Shown: positions 36,585-49,539 of the stretch, in pieces
How positions within the stretch are numbered: the stretch's first letter is position 1
Layout of the letters: every line of letters starts with the position of its first letter
Assembly (NCBI GenBank): GCA_964016885.1
Contig: OZ024740.1
Location: 52,700,001 to 52,764,000 of the forward strand
Source: Eledone cirrhosa
Taxonomy: Eukaryota
Length of the DNA: 64,000 nucleotides
Direction of reading: 5' to 3'
Notes under the pieces: generated by a model
What the model was told of the DNA's origin: nothing
Databases searched by the model: none
What the model saw: the letters and a program-made list of their open reading frames with translations, nothing else
Made by a program: the position numbers and the translations under genes

Positions 36585-39065
36585 GATGGCTGTAAACTCG
36601 TGTTCAAGTATTGCCATCGCCCGATAAAATGTTCAAAAATGTGAAGCACAAATGTGACTCTTTAAACCAGCCAAATACTTGCACCCTCTGGCACACACAT
36701 GGCAACTTTAGGCTCCCCCGAAACCTTCCATTGCTTTGTTCTGGCTGTATGTTCACATGTATCTTTTAAGACCTCGCATGCTTGTACATTTCTTACACCT
36801 TTTCAGATCATAATCTACATGAGGTCTACTGATATGACTTTGTTCATGTCTAACCAAACCAGCTTTGCTCAGGCTGACTCGACCACAGTGCTGGCAAACT
36901 AGATGTTGCTCAACATGAGGCAGTTCAGAACAGTCTCAATCCTCACCTTCCTTTTCAGTGCTAGGTGTTCTCTCCGACGAGTTTCAAAGTGTTCACCATC
37001 TGACTTGATCAAACGTCTCCACTTCACAGGCTCGTCAGCCATTTTCTCCCATTCGTCAGATGAAATTCCAGCACAAGCCAAGGTGCCCCTGATACAGTCC
37101 CGGTACCGCCTTTTTGGTTTATGTGGTGGTCGCCTTCCTTCACACAGTTCTCCATAGAGAAGTTGCTTTGGAATACGATCATCAGACATCCGGACCACGT
37201 GACTGCACCACCTCAACCGATACCGAAAGATTATGCTCTCTATAGTCACGCACCTGCTCCGTTCTAGAACTTCCAAATCACTGGTGAACATTTTCCACCA
37301 CACCCCAAGTAACTTATGAAGCGATTGTTGGTGAAATCTGTCCAGATCCTTGAGGTGCTTTCTGTATGTGACCCACGTTTCACAAACATAAAGTAAAGAG
37401 GAGACGACACAAGTCAGATACACTTTCACCTTGGTTTCGATAGTGATACCTCGTCTGGACCATAAACGTTGATGCAGCCATCCAAAAGCATCACTGGCTT
37501 TCTTGATTCTTAAGGATATTTCATTATCATGTGTGCATGAAGTGTTCAACGTACTACCAAGGTAAACAAACTTGTCAGCAACTTTTAGCCTCTTTCCGTA
37601 CACGTACACACTTGGTGCAGTGTACTTGTTTCCAGCTACTGGCTGATACATCACAACAGTCTTTTCCAAGCTTATTGTGATGCCCAAAGTGCTGCAAGCT
37701 GCAGAAAAAGAGTTCATAATATGCTGCATGTCACTTTGTGAGTGTGCAAAAAGATCGCAGTCGTCTGCATACAAAAACTCTCGGATTATAGATGTTAATA
37801 TCTTTGTGCTTGTACCTAAGCGCCTGATGTTGAACAACCTTCCTGAAGTGCGATACCTGATGTAAACCCCATGAGAACAATATTTGAATGTCACGAGAAA
37901 CACTATCGTAAAATATATGGAAAACAGAGTTGGAGCCGGAATGTCCCCCTGCTTCACTCCATTTTCAACTGATATTGGTTCAGAGATGCTACCACCAATA
38001 CTGACCAAAGCCTTCATGTCATCATGGAAAAGATACAGAATCTTCTACCCTACCTTGGATTTTTTTCCCACAACGCAGTTCGATTGACAGTGTCAAAGGC
38101 CTTTGTCAAGTCAACAAAGACCTGGTAAAGGTCCATACATTGTTCGATACACTTTTCTTGCAGCTGCCGAGCAGAAACAATCATATCCACTGTTCCTCTT
38201 TCGTTTCTGAACCCACACTGCGACTCAGGCAACACATTCAGAACAACTCTTGGGATCAATCTATCCATCAATATTCGAGAAGACTTTACCAACTACTGAA
38301 AGAAGGGAATATGACATGATAATTGCCACATTTGTCCTTGCCGTCCTTTCCTTTATGGAGAATCACCAGGAGTGCAACCTTCTTGTGGGACATTCTCATC
38401 TTCCCTCACCATTTTCATGAGGTCAGTCAGGCGCTGCGTGAAGTTTTCACCACCACACTTCAAAACCGCTCCACTCAGACCATCCATACCAGGAGACTTC
38501 CCACAGTTCAGCTTATGCACAACAGAAGTCCCCTCTGCAAGAGGAGATACATTAACCATCTCATATGCTTCACTGGTTCAATAGGAATGGAAGAAATGAA
38601 ATCATCATCAACCTGGGATGGCTGGTTTAAGAGCTCATCAAAGTGATCTCTCTATCTGTCGAGTGTCTTTTGGGTCGCGCAGTAATTGCTTGCCATCTTT
38701 CGATCTCAAAGGGGCCACTGGAGAGCTGAAAGGGCCATACACCTCTGTGAGTAGAAAGTGCGGCAGTTTCACATTGTTGCCGTCAGATGCCACTTGAACT
38801 TCATCTGCTTTGTTGCTCCACCAGGTATTTTGCATAGCCCTGAGTTTTACCTGCACTTCCTTCTTTACCTGTCTATAACGCTCATAATTGTCACCAACAG
38901 AGCTACCACCTTTAAGAACTGCATCAAGTGCCTTTTGTTTTCTGTCTAGCAGAGCCTTGACCTCCTGGTCATTCTCATCAAACCAGTCCCTGTTTTCTTG
39001 TGACAAAGGCAAGGACCTCTGCTGAAGCCTCATAGACCGAGCTCCTGAAGTTCTTCCAGTTGTTC
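36585..39065 (-). mobile_element. degraded RTE-BovB-like LINE
   Basis: LPESQCGFR, FVDLTKAFD, GVKQG..AP.LF, YADD, RIPKQLLYGEL; C-terminal C2H2 remnant (LAGLKSH). Confidence 0.9.
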
Positions 39066-39789
39066 TCATACACGCATATATACTTACATATATACATGCA
39101 TACATACATACATCCATCCATCCATACATGTATACATACATCCATCCATACATACACACATCCATCCATCCATACATACATGTATACACACATACATCCA
39201 TACGTGTATACATACATACATACAATGGTTAAAGTGTTTGACTGACGAATCATAAGTTCATGGGTTCATATGTGGGACCGGGTAGTTATTGAATCAACCT
39301 GATATCAATGTTTATTATACAGCACACTTCCTCTTTGGTATAATATGACACATAGTAATATCTAACATAGTACCCATCTAATCTGTTATAATATGATTTA
39401 CCTTTCCTCTGTGAAGGCACATGCCTTAGGGGTTACGGTACTGGACTAACCATTATAAAGTCATGGGCTCGTTTCTTCGATCCTGCAGCATGTTGCGTCC
39501 TTCAGTAAAATACTTTAGTTCGTGTAGCATCTTCTACCAGGACTTGCGGCAGACGGATAATATCAGTAATAGAAAAACCTTGTTTAATTAGTATGACCTG
39601 GAAATCAGTTCCACTCTATTTATCTTCAAATTATTTTTTATTTTATTCTTTTTCTTATTTTTCCATGTTTGTTAAATAAATTCCAAAAAATCGAACTAAA
39701 TTGAAATTTTGTAATAAAATTTCCATAAAAGTTAATGTTTACAATACAATAAAATGTAATAAAATGTATTGAAGTCGACGAAATGTGGA

Positions 39790-40070
39790 CCTTCATTTTT
39801 GAAAGATGGATAATGCTATAAGCAGACCTTACAATATTGTACCACAATTTTCCTTTGTGCAAAAGTGGGCAGCCGAATTTAGGAAAGGATAGGGGATTCT
39901 TGAAGATGACCCAATGTCTGGACATCCGACAACTGCCACTACCGAGGAAAACATTGATCTCAGTACTGCAACACTGATGGAAGAAGTGTGTGAAACGTAA
40001 GGGAGACTATGTTGAAAAATAAACCTCATTTGGTCACATTCCATGAGAGTATCTTTGTCAACCCTCGTAT
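39790..40070 (+). mobile_element. internally deleted mariner transposon relic
   Basis: W..EFRKG...LEDDP.SGHP.T.TTEENID joined to the C-terminal WKKCV..KGDYVEK*; ends ...CCCTCGTA. Confidence 0.7.
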
Positions 40071-40104
40071 CTATGCGCAATATACGTAAAGATACAGAAT
40101 TGCG

Positions 40105-40477
40105 GGCACTACAACGCTACTAGCTGTCATATTTGTTGGTGAAAAAAATTTGATTATAAAACTTAAATTTATGAATGACTTGTTTTCTACATTGATAACC
40201 ATGACTTGATTTCTAATTAACTTAAATTTGTTTTCTAATTTGGCCCTTTTAAGGGCCACCTATATTTTCATTTAAGTAACTCCACTTACATCGATATGCT
40301 TTATAACCATGACTTGTTTTCTATTTTGGCCCTTTTAAGTCTTCCCTCTCGCTCTCAAAAAAAACGCGTGAAAACTCCACTTACGCGTGGTAGTAATACG
40401 GAAATAAACGATGTTGACGAGTGACGTCACCTTCGCCTGTTTTCCACTGGACTGACAGCTAATAGCGTTGTAGTGCC
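40105..40477. mobile_element. MITE with ~25-bp TIRs
   Basis: GGCACTACAACGCTACTAGCTGTCA ... TGACAGCTAATAGCGTTGTAGTGCC. Confidence 0.75.
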
Positions 40478-41539
40478 GAAAGCTGTTATACGAGTATGCT
40501 ACAAAAATGTTCAAGGACATCCCGATATGCAGTATGGGAATGGAAGTAAATAAAAAAATATATATATATTGTTTTCGTTTTTTTAAAGGTAGTTTGAGAT
40601 TTAGTTGGTATATTTAGGAGGTCGAGCGACTATACAGAGGCTTGGTTACGAGCAAGCATGTCTGATTCTTGAATAAACAATGTTTATTCACTGTTAATTT
40701 CAAATTAACTCCCTTTGAATATAGGCAAAACCATCTACGTGAAAACGGAAGTAAAAAGAAATAGTTGAGGTAGGTTGTTAAATATAGGGAATATTGCTGT
40801 TATTTAGCCCAAGGTTAGTTTTGATCGAACATTTCTATTATGAAGCCATTCCAACTCATTGTCAGATAGTGTATATCTTAGATTAAATTATACGAGTCAT
40901 TACATTATCAGGACAGTTGGTTATGATTTGAAGGAGATTTCGTTGCTATTTCTTTCTAGTAGGTCGAACGTCTGTGTAGAAGCTACTTCATTGTCGAATG
41001 GTCAAAAGCATTTCAGTATTGACTATTAGACAAGTTTTCTTATTTTATGACGGTAAGATGTGATTTGAGGGATGTTTGGCTGTTCGATCAATGAATAAAA
41101 TAAGAAAAGAAAACAAAATCAGCAGGATAAGGAATTGCGATAAAAACAAAACAAAAAAGACAATCTGGTACATAATGGTCGTAAACTCAAAAGAATATAA
41201 AGAATACACAATACAAAGACAAAACGATAAAATAAAGGAATACACACAAGCAGGATTTTTTGTCTATACAAGAACAATTTGGTGAAGTTACTATAGGACT
41301 GGATCAACGGATAAACTAATTGTTAGAAAAATTATTTATTAGAAAATTAAAGCCATTTATGTTTGTTTGCGACTGTAATTTAAATGACCATCGAAATCGA
41401 TAATAATTCATGTTTAAAAGAATCCGTTCAGAAGTAACATTAAGATGATGTAAACACAAAACAGTAATAGTAATATAAATTAGATTATAAGTAATCCAGA
41501 TTCTCCTAATCTATCTAAGAAAGAAGAAATATAAAATAC

Positions 41540-41641
41540 CTTTCGTTTTGTTGGTTGTCCTGGTAATGGCGATAAATTACCAAGAGTAACTCGAGGTAAA
41601 TTGCGGAGCATTTGCAGCGCACGAGTAGTATTCCCCGCCAT
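41540..41641 (-). CDS. MRPL15: mitochondrial ribosomal protein L15 (uL15m), coding exon 1
   Basis: Manual translation MAGNTTRALQMLRNLPRVTLGNLSPLPGQPTKRK resembles the MRPL15 N-terminus (RAL..L..LPRV.L.NL.P.PG); AAGATGG start context; GT donor at 41539, phase 0, compatible with exon 2. Confidence 0.9.
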
Positions 41642-41767
41642 CTTCGATAAAAAAAACTGAGGAAATGGGAAACAGCATGCTAGAGTTATTTCCCTTCAAT
41701 CACTCCAAGGTCATCAGAAGTTTAGGAAAGAATATAAATTTCTGAAAACATATATTAATCATTATCA

Positions 41768-42572
41768 CATCATCATCATCATCACCGTTTTACGTCCGTT
41801 CTTCCACGCTAGCATGGGTTAGACGGGTTGTCCTGTTGTGGGCAGTGTCTGGTCGGCTGACTATGCCTTGCTCATACAGGAACTGATTTGGTTTGATTTC
41901 TAAAGCTGGATATCCTTCCTAACACCAACCTCATTTACACTGAGTGCTGGGTGCATTTTCGTGGCGCCTACACGTCCACTTTACAGTGTGGGCTGGGTGC
42001 TTTTTTGCCGTGGCACCTCCACGATCACCTTGCAGTGGGAGGGTGTAGGGGCATATTGTCTATATGCTTCAGCTTGTACCCATGGGAGGTCGGGTACTCT
42101 GTATTACTGCGTGACGCCAGAGGTCACGGTCGTGTGTCATCGCCTTTGAGAGGTGTAATTGTGTAAGGTCGGCTTTTATCACCTCATCCCAAGTCATCTT
42201 GGGTCTCCCCACTCCGCGGTTTCCATCGACTTCTAGTGCTCTGCAGCTGTCATCCTTCATACGCATCACATGTCCATACTAACGCAACCGCCTCTCCTGC
42301 ACACAGCATTTGATTCCTCTTATGCTCAGTCTCTCTCTCAATTCATTTATGCTTTGTCGTTCGCGTATATTACTATTACACATCCATCGGAGCATGCAGG
42401 CTTCGTTTCTCTCTAATCTACGTAAGTCTTCGACCTTCAGCGCCCAGGTCTCACTACCATGTAACATTGCTGTTCGGATACACGCATCATACAGTCTGCC
42501 TTTCATTTTGAAGGAGAAGCCTTTTGCAGCTAGCAGTGGCAGTAGTTCCCTGAACTTCTTCCATCCCGTTCT
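41768..42572 (-). mobile_element. 5'-truncated RTE family A just upstream of the mrpl15 start codon
   Basis: High similarity to the 18531 and 35296 copies; one in-frame stop and a small deletion. Confidence 0.92.
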
Positions 42573-44164
42573 TTAAGAATTAAATAGTTTTTCGATATAA
42601 AAGAATATTAAGCAGTATAAATTTTAAGATAGGAACAGTTTATAAGAGGCTCACTTGTTTCACATTAGTGTTTATTATATCTACAATATTTCTGTTATAT
42701 ATTTTTTCTCAAGTCAATGCTATTTTCTAAATGGAAGAAGCTAAAGCTCAATTTTATTTAGATAAATAGTTCTCATAATATACAGAAAGAGAAAACAAAA
42801 ACACATGAACTAACGAAAAAAAAAGAAAAAGGGAACGAAGAAGGGAGGGCAGACTCAACATCCATGGCTAGATAGTAAATGTTAGTTGCACCCCATTGGA
42901 AAAGATAACTAAAGAATTCAGTATTTTTCATTGTATTTAATCTGCAAATATGAGCTTATGTAATATTTGTGCCTTTCTTGAAGAGAAGACAGAGTCAGTA
43001 TGTGGCCGCTCGATATACTAGAAAAAGTGATAGATTTTCCTTCCATCAGCATTCTACAGTCTTTATAAAGTAAGGATACATTTAACGGTATTGTCATACA
43101 TACACGATGTCTGAAAAAATACGAGATGGTCACAACTGGAATGTCTTTGATCATAAGTCTCATCGATTATTGCTGTCGTGGGGTTTAAGCAACAGAAAAT
43201 GAAATATCTATACAGAGCAATCAAAAGTGGAAGGCCACTTTTGCACGTTTCACTTCAATCTATTCTAAATCACCTCCAAAATATAATATATGTATTTGTT
43301 ATATTAGATAAGATATATTGTGGGATTAGATATATTTGGCTATCTGGTAGTTATACCAAACCCAATGGCATTAACGACGAGTAGCCGAAACCAAGCTTTT
43401 AACCTGTCGGTTACAGATTTCATGTGGAAAAAAACACACACCAGAGTTATGCCCCTTTATTTACAGCATAGACGATCAAATTACGAAATTAAACCAGCCC
43501 TCTATTAATTACTAACTACATTCAATTTTTGTGTTTTATTATGACTATATTATCCAGAATTACTTTTTAGTGAAGTCGTGTAGATTAGTGATTAGTGGAT
43601 TTGCAATTGTGAGGTTGCGAGTTTGTTTTTCAAACCGGGCGATGGGCAAGACATTTTATTTCACATTGCTCTTAACAATGGAAAAAGCAGTGGAAAGTCA
43701 ATTATTTAATTAATCAGAAGAAGATGAGCAGAATCAGAAGCTTATATCCTAGTCGGTGACTCTGGTGTCCAGTTTGAAAGTCTGCAGATTTGTCTTGCCA
43801 GAAGACAAAAACTGTCTAGTGGGAAATTATAAACATTGCAGGTTTGTGAAGGAATGAATTATTAGGTAGGACTATGATAGAGTTTTCAATGCTTCCGAGA
43901 CAGACGAAAATCAAACATACATATCCTGATAAAATATGTCGGTATGTTTGTGAATAACTATGTATGTGAGCATATGTATACAGGTGTGTGCGTATATACA
44001 TGCATGCATGTATGTATGTATGTATGTATGTATGTATGTATGTATGTATGTATGTATGTATGTATGTATGTATGTATGTATGTATGTATGCATGCATGCA
44101 TGTATGTATGTATGTATGTATGTATGTATGTATGTATGTATGTATGGATGGATGGATGGATGTC

Positions 44165-44757
44165 AGGTCACCAGTTGGTGCTACTGGTAACATGTATCCC
44201 AGTACAACCTGTCTCATGGCGACTAAACTGGCAACCCCACCAAGGTTTCTCGGTGAGGAGGGTGACTTTGGACATCCTGCAGGACTAAAAACAAAACCTG
44301 TCAAAGGGCAAATGAGCTCTTAAGAGTCAATGGCCATCCAAAATCACCGGGAGAGATGACCCCTTAGCCTTTGTCAAGGCAGAATTCTAGGAGAAGGAAA
44401 ACTCTGATATAACACCTGCAACCCTGATGGTATCCAATGATGTTGACTTGTTCTTCTTTTTGGTAAATATCATCTTGGTTAAGAGAGTGGGACTGGCTTT
44501 GTGCAGTGCCTTTGCTCACTATAAAAGCTTCATGGCACAGGTATTGCTTTATATCTGGAGATCTCTCTGCACTTGTCGTCACATGGTACAATGGGCCCAG
44601 CACAATGTGTCAATAATTGTCACAAGTGTAGTGTTTGTACCAGAGTTTTCAAGTCGCTGGCTGGACTAAAAAGTCACTATCGTTCAGCGCATTGGTAGGG
44701 GTTCTCCTACATGGATATAAAGTAGTGGCCGTACTCGAAAACGAATTGGCAGCCACT
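44165..44757 (+). mobile_element. putative non-autonomous bipartite RTE-BovB derivative
   Basis: Conserved leader (also at 44772 and 36415-36562) joined to a C2H2-coding 3' end (CSVCTRVFKSLAGLKSH) and CAGCCA terminus; (TATG)n on both sides. Confidence 0.55.
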
Positions 44758-44934
44758 ATGTATGTATGTATGGTCGCTCTCGAGTGCTACTGGTAACATG
44801 TAACCCAGTACAACCTGTCTCATGGTCGGGTCGTCGGCGACTAAACTGGCAACCCCACCAAGCTTGCTTGGTGAGGAGGGTGATATTTGGACACCCTGAG
44901 GGATGAAACACAAGACCCTGTTTGCTGCCAAAAT

Positions 44935-45800
44935 CAAAGATGTTCACTTCCTTAATACACGAAGTTTTGTCTGCAGATAATTGTGATATTATTGCTTAAT
45001 CTGAAAGTGACATGCAACACCTGATGGTTTCTTTTTTGGAGGCATGAAGCACATTGGGTCTGACAATATCTGGCCAAGACTGTTGTCATATATCAACCTG
45101 CTCCAGGTAAGGATTTCACTGAGCCTAGCATTTATGTGTGTGGCAAAACATTGAGGGTTGAGGATATATTTATGTATTTAGACAGCACAGTTAACATGAC
45201 AAACATGCTGGAAGATGAAACCTCTTTACGACTAAAGAAAGCAAGTGATTCTTTTGCTAAATTAGATGGGAGTCTCCGGTGTCGATGTGGGATTTCCATT
45301 AATACAAAACTAAAGGTGTACGGAACATTTGTATTGTCTTCTTTGTTGTATGCATGTGAAACTTGGGTCACATACCAGTGAAATACAAAAATGCTTGAAT
45401 ATTTTCATCACCAGTGTCTTCGCCGAATATTTGGTATCCATTGATAGTCACATATGAGAGATGTTGAAGTGCTGGAATGAAGTCATTTTGAAAGTATCGA
45501 ATCTTCAATAAAATTCAATATAGACTGCGTTGGAACGGCCATGCTGTAGGAATGTCAGATCATTGTATTCCTAAGCAGTTATTGTACGGGGAGATAGTCA
45601 AAGGCCAACGGCCAAGCCATAAACCCAAACTCAGGTACAAAAAATATACCAAGAGAGCTTTGATAAAGTAAAAAATCAGGGAAGATAACTGGAAAGACAT
45701 TGCCTTAGATCGATCATCTTGGAGGAAAACAGGAATTTGAAAAATCTCGTGTGGAGCCGTGTCCACATTGAGCAGAACTATGATGAAAAAGCATTTCAGC
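44935..45800 (+). mobile_element. degraded RTE-BovB-like LINE fragment
   Basis: FMYLDS, RLKKASDSF, TKLKVY, LLYACETW, IPKQLLYGE remnants. Confidence 0.85.
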
Positions 45801-45986
45801 CAATGTGTTCTTTTCTTATTTAAAGTTGGTAGAACTTGATTTGAGGAAGATCTAGCTATTCGATCAAGGCTGACCACATTCTTCGGTAATGCATTTGTTT
45901 AGACGAAGAAAAGGAAAGTCCCTACATTCACATTTAAAAAAAATCACGCACAAACACCCGCACGCACGCACACACACACGCACACG

Positions 45987-46107
<121 letters not shown>

Positions 46108-46345
46108 GCGCGAATTGATCCTAGCGTTGTTAATGAAGTTGGGTTGATGGAAACCTTTTCAAAGCTCATCGGATGATTTGTATCTATAATTCAAATGTCC
46201 AGCCTTGCAACATATGGTGTCGCACTGTCTCGGCCTAAGAATTACGTTTTGGGTACACGTGTCTGTGGAATATGCAATCACTTACATTAATTAAATGCTC
46301 ATTGCCGAAATGGACGGAAGAGCAATCGTCACCACCACCACCACC

Positions 46346-46393
<48 letters not shown>

Positions 46394-48622
46394 GTCGTCG
46401 TCGTCGTCGTCGTCGTCGTCATCATCATCATTTGAACATCAGATGTCTCATAAGATGTCTCATCAGTCATTGTAATTTCTAACTAAAATAAATGTTAGAG
46501 TTATGTCCCCTTATCCAATGTCGATTGTTGCCTTAATCAAGCAGGTCTTTGATTAAAGGTATTCCAGCAGTGACAAATGCCTCACTTTCTTTGGTATAGT
46601 ATGTCTAGTACAACATTATAATATGTCCTTTTTTAAAGTCAGTAGGAGTGCTCTAAAGGAGATTTTTTGCTGCTATTTCTAGCAAATCAAGTGACCTTTC
46701 TGTAAGTTCTTTTAATATATATTATATTGTTGTTTGAGAAAATGTATTTGTTCTCAAAATGCTTTGTTTCTTAACATTTTCGTTATGTATTTATTTATTT
46801 AGATAAATATTTAGGATAAAATAACCTCTAATAAGATACAACTAAATCACATTCAGTAGCATCAAGATTCACTAGACACATCAAGGAAACATACAGCTCT
46901 ACACTTTCTCTTCTTATAAACAACATGCAAATAAAACCAACCCACTACATATGTTAGTTAACGACGACTATACACATAATTTAACCAACTCAACTTTACT
47001 CAGGGTAGACTGTAACTTCGCAGCCTATAGTATGGTGAGATTGATTCCGTTAAAGTTTTGACATGTTCGCGGAGGGAATTTCAGAGTGTGGGTGTCTTGA
47101 GGAGAAATGATTGAATTGGTGGTTAGTGTGGAACCGAGATGTGTAAGGGGAACAACACAGGTGATGAGAGCACAAGAGACGAATGGATTGAAAGTGCCTG
47201 AGTGGAAGTGGTATGTGACTAACATCGCAAAACCATTGCAGTCACGATAGAAAGGATAGAATGGAGACAATATATATGCGGACCAGAGGTGGGAACGTAT
47301 CTATGAGATACTTCATTTGAGTGACCTCTAGATACGGTCTAGGATGCTTGTTGCATGTAACAGCAGCCCCATCGCAGATGTGTGGCAATATCTTATTGTG
47401 GGTCTCATTTGAACTTTGTAGATGGTTAGTAGAAATTGGGAAGGAAGTATTTAATGGCTTTGAAGAAAAAGGACAGTTTTTGAGATATATGCATTGCTAT
47501 GTTAAGGATATTCATTTGTCAGGTGAGGTCTTCACTGATAACGAGGTCTAGCAATTGGATCATGCACGACCTATTTGCGACCGGTGTATGTCTAACCATG
47601 TATGGGGAACTGCGATGATGATTTGTTGATATCCGTAGTGATTTTATTTTGTTCTTGAATGAGACAAGTTAGGCACGTCCCTAATGGGAAATGTTTCCGA
47701 GGTCTCTGTTTGCTAAATTTATATAAATTTGACATGATGTATTTAGGTTGCATATAAATGATACTTGAGCGTGGATGGTTAGTAAGAAGTGTTGGGTGGT
47801 ATCAACTGCATAAGAGTGAACGTTGTTGGAGGTGATGGAAAGTAGGTCATAGAGGGAAGAGTTTGGAAAATAAAATCAAACCCAGAGTTAATAGAGTGTG
47901 GATTAGAGAGAGTTTCCCTATTTTTTTTATCAATTCTATCACACATTACGCTATTTTCCAGGATTTATTTAAATTCTGCCATACATCACCTTATTCTATA
48001 GCCGAATCGCTAGAGCATCATAGTAAATGCCCTGCGGTATTTGTTCAGGCTGTCTGTACTTTGTGGTCATTTTTGTTTTTCATACTTTTGGGTTCGGTAA
48101 AAATAGTAGGAGTCCACGGCTGTGAATTGGCGGAATTGTTATAGCATCGGACGGGATACTTTGTAGTATCGGTTACGGTTCTTTGTATTCTGAGTTCAAA
48201 TTCGACCTCTTGTTACCGGATGAAATAATTTCTTTCTTTCTTTCCCACTCCCCTTCTCTCTCTCTCTCTCTCACACAACCCTCCGTCAATTCTTCCATAC
48301 GCTGCTCTATTTTCCCCTGGCATTTTATTAATTTTGCCACATGCAGCCCTCTTTTCATTTACCATCTTTCGAATAATAATGATTTCTACTATAGGCTCAA
48401 GGCCAGGAATTTGAAGGGGGGGGGGGGGGGGGAGAGTCGATTACATCGATCCCAGTACTTACTGGTACTTTATTTTATTGGCCCCGTAAGAATGAAAGGC
48501 AAAGCTAACCTCGGTGGGATTTGAAATCAGATCGTAAAGGGTAGTAACTCTATGTCACGACACACGGTGTCTGGCGTATTACTGATACTGCTAATCCAAT
48601 AATAATAACAACGATGATATGC

Positions 48623-48654
<32 letters not shown>

Positions 48655-49374
48655 ATGTTATATTCCTGGACGGTTCCATCTTTCCATCCCTTTTATGAGT
48701 GCTGTTAATATCTCTAAGCAACAAGGAGCCTCAATATGGTAATTCGAAACGCTTGAAATATAAGCCCAAATTTTCCTAATATATACACCTTACCCTATTA
48801 ATAAAAACACGCATTGAGTAAGGTTGTCTAAATTGAAAAAAAAAAAAGAAAAGACTAGAAATCTGGGTGGTTGTGGCTGGAATGCATTAGATCTACTCTG
48901 GGGGATCAGAGCCGATTTGGGGCTAAAGCTTTAAAAAAAAAATTGTAAAGATAATATCAATAACATACGCAGTCTGCCGACCTTCACAATGACATAAAAT
49001 ATATATTAAAGATATCCGTGTTCTTATATCTATTGTTGGTTAATCACCCTGTCTGCAGCAGAAATTATACACGTCTCTAAAAATATAGAGTTCTGTCCCT
49101 TTATTCGTTACATGCCTATTAAATGTATACGAAACGAGTTTGCAAGTGTACCACTACACAATCGCCTGACTTGCTAGAAGTAGCAACTAAATTTCCATAA
49201 AACTAGAAATCCACACACTACTGCATTATAACACAAAGATATTTAGATAATGTAGACCGGAGTATACAACTGTAAAAAAAAAAAAAAAATAAAAATAACA
49301 GTGATGTGTGATCAAGGTTTAAATGATTTTGATTTTAGGTTTGCTGGAGTTAAGCTTCGAAAAAAAGAAGAGAA

Positions 49375-49416
<42 letters not shown>

Positions 49417-49539
49417 AAGAAGAAGAAGAAGAAGAAGAAGAAGAAGAAGAAGAAGAAGAAGAAGAAGAAGAAGAAGAAGAAGAAACAAAAAAAAACCCCA
49501 AAAGATTATCCCTTCTTACTGAATACTGGTTCTTGAGAT

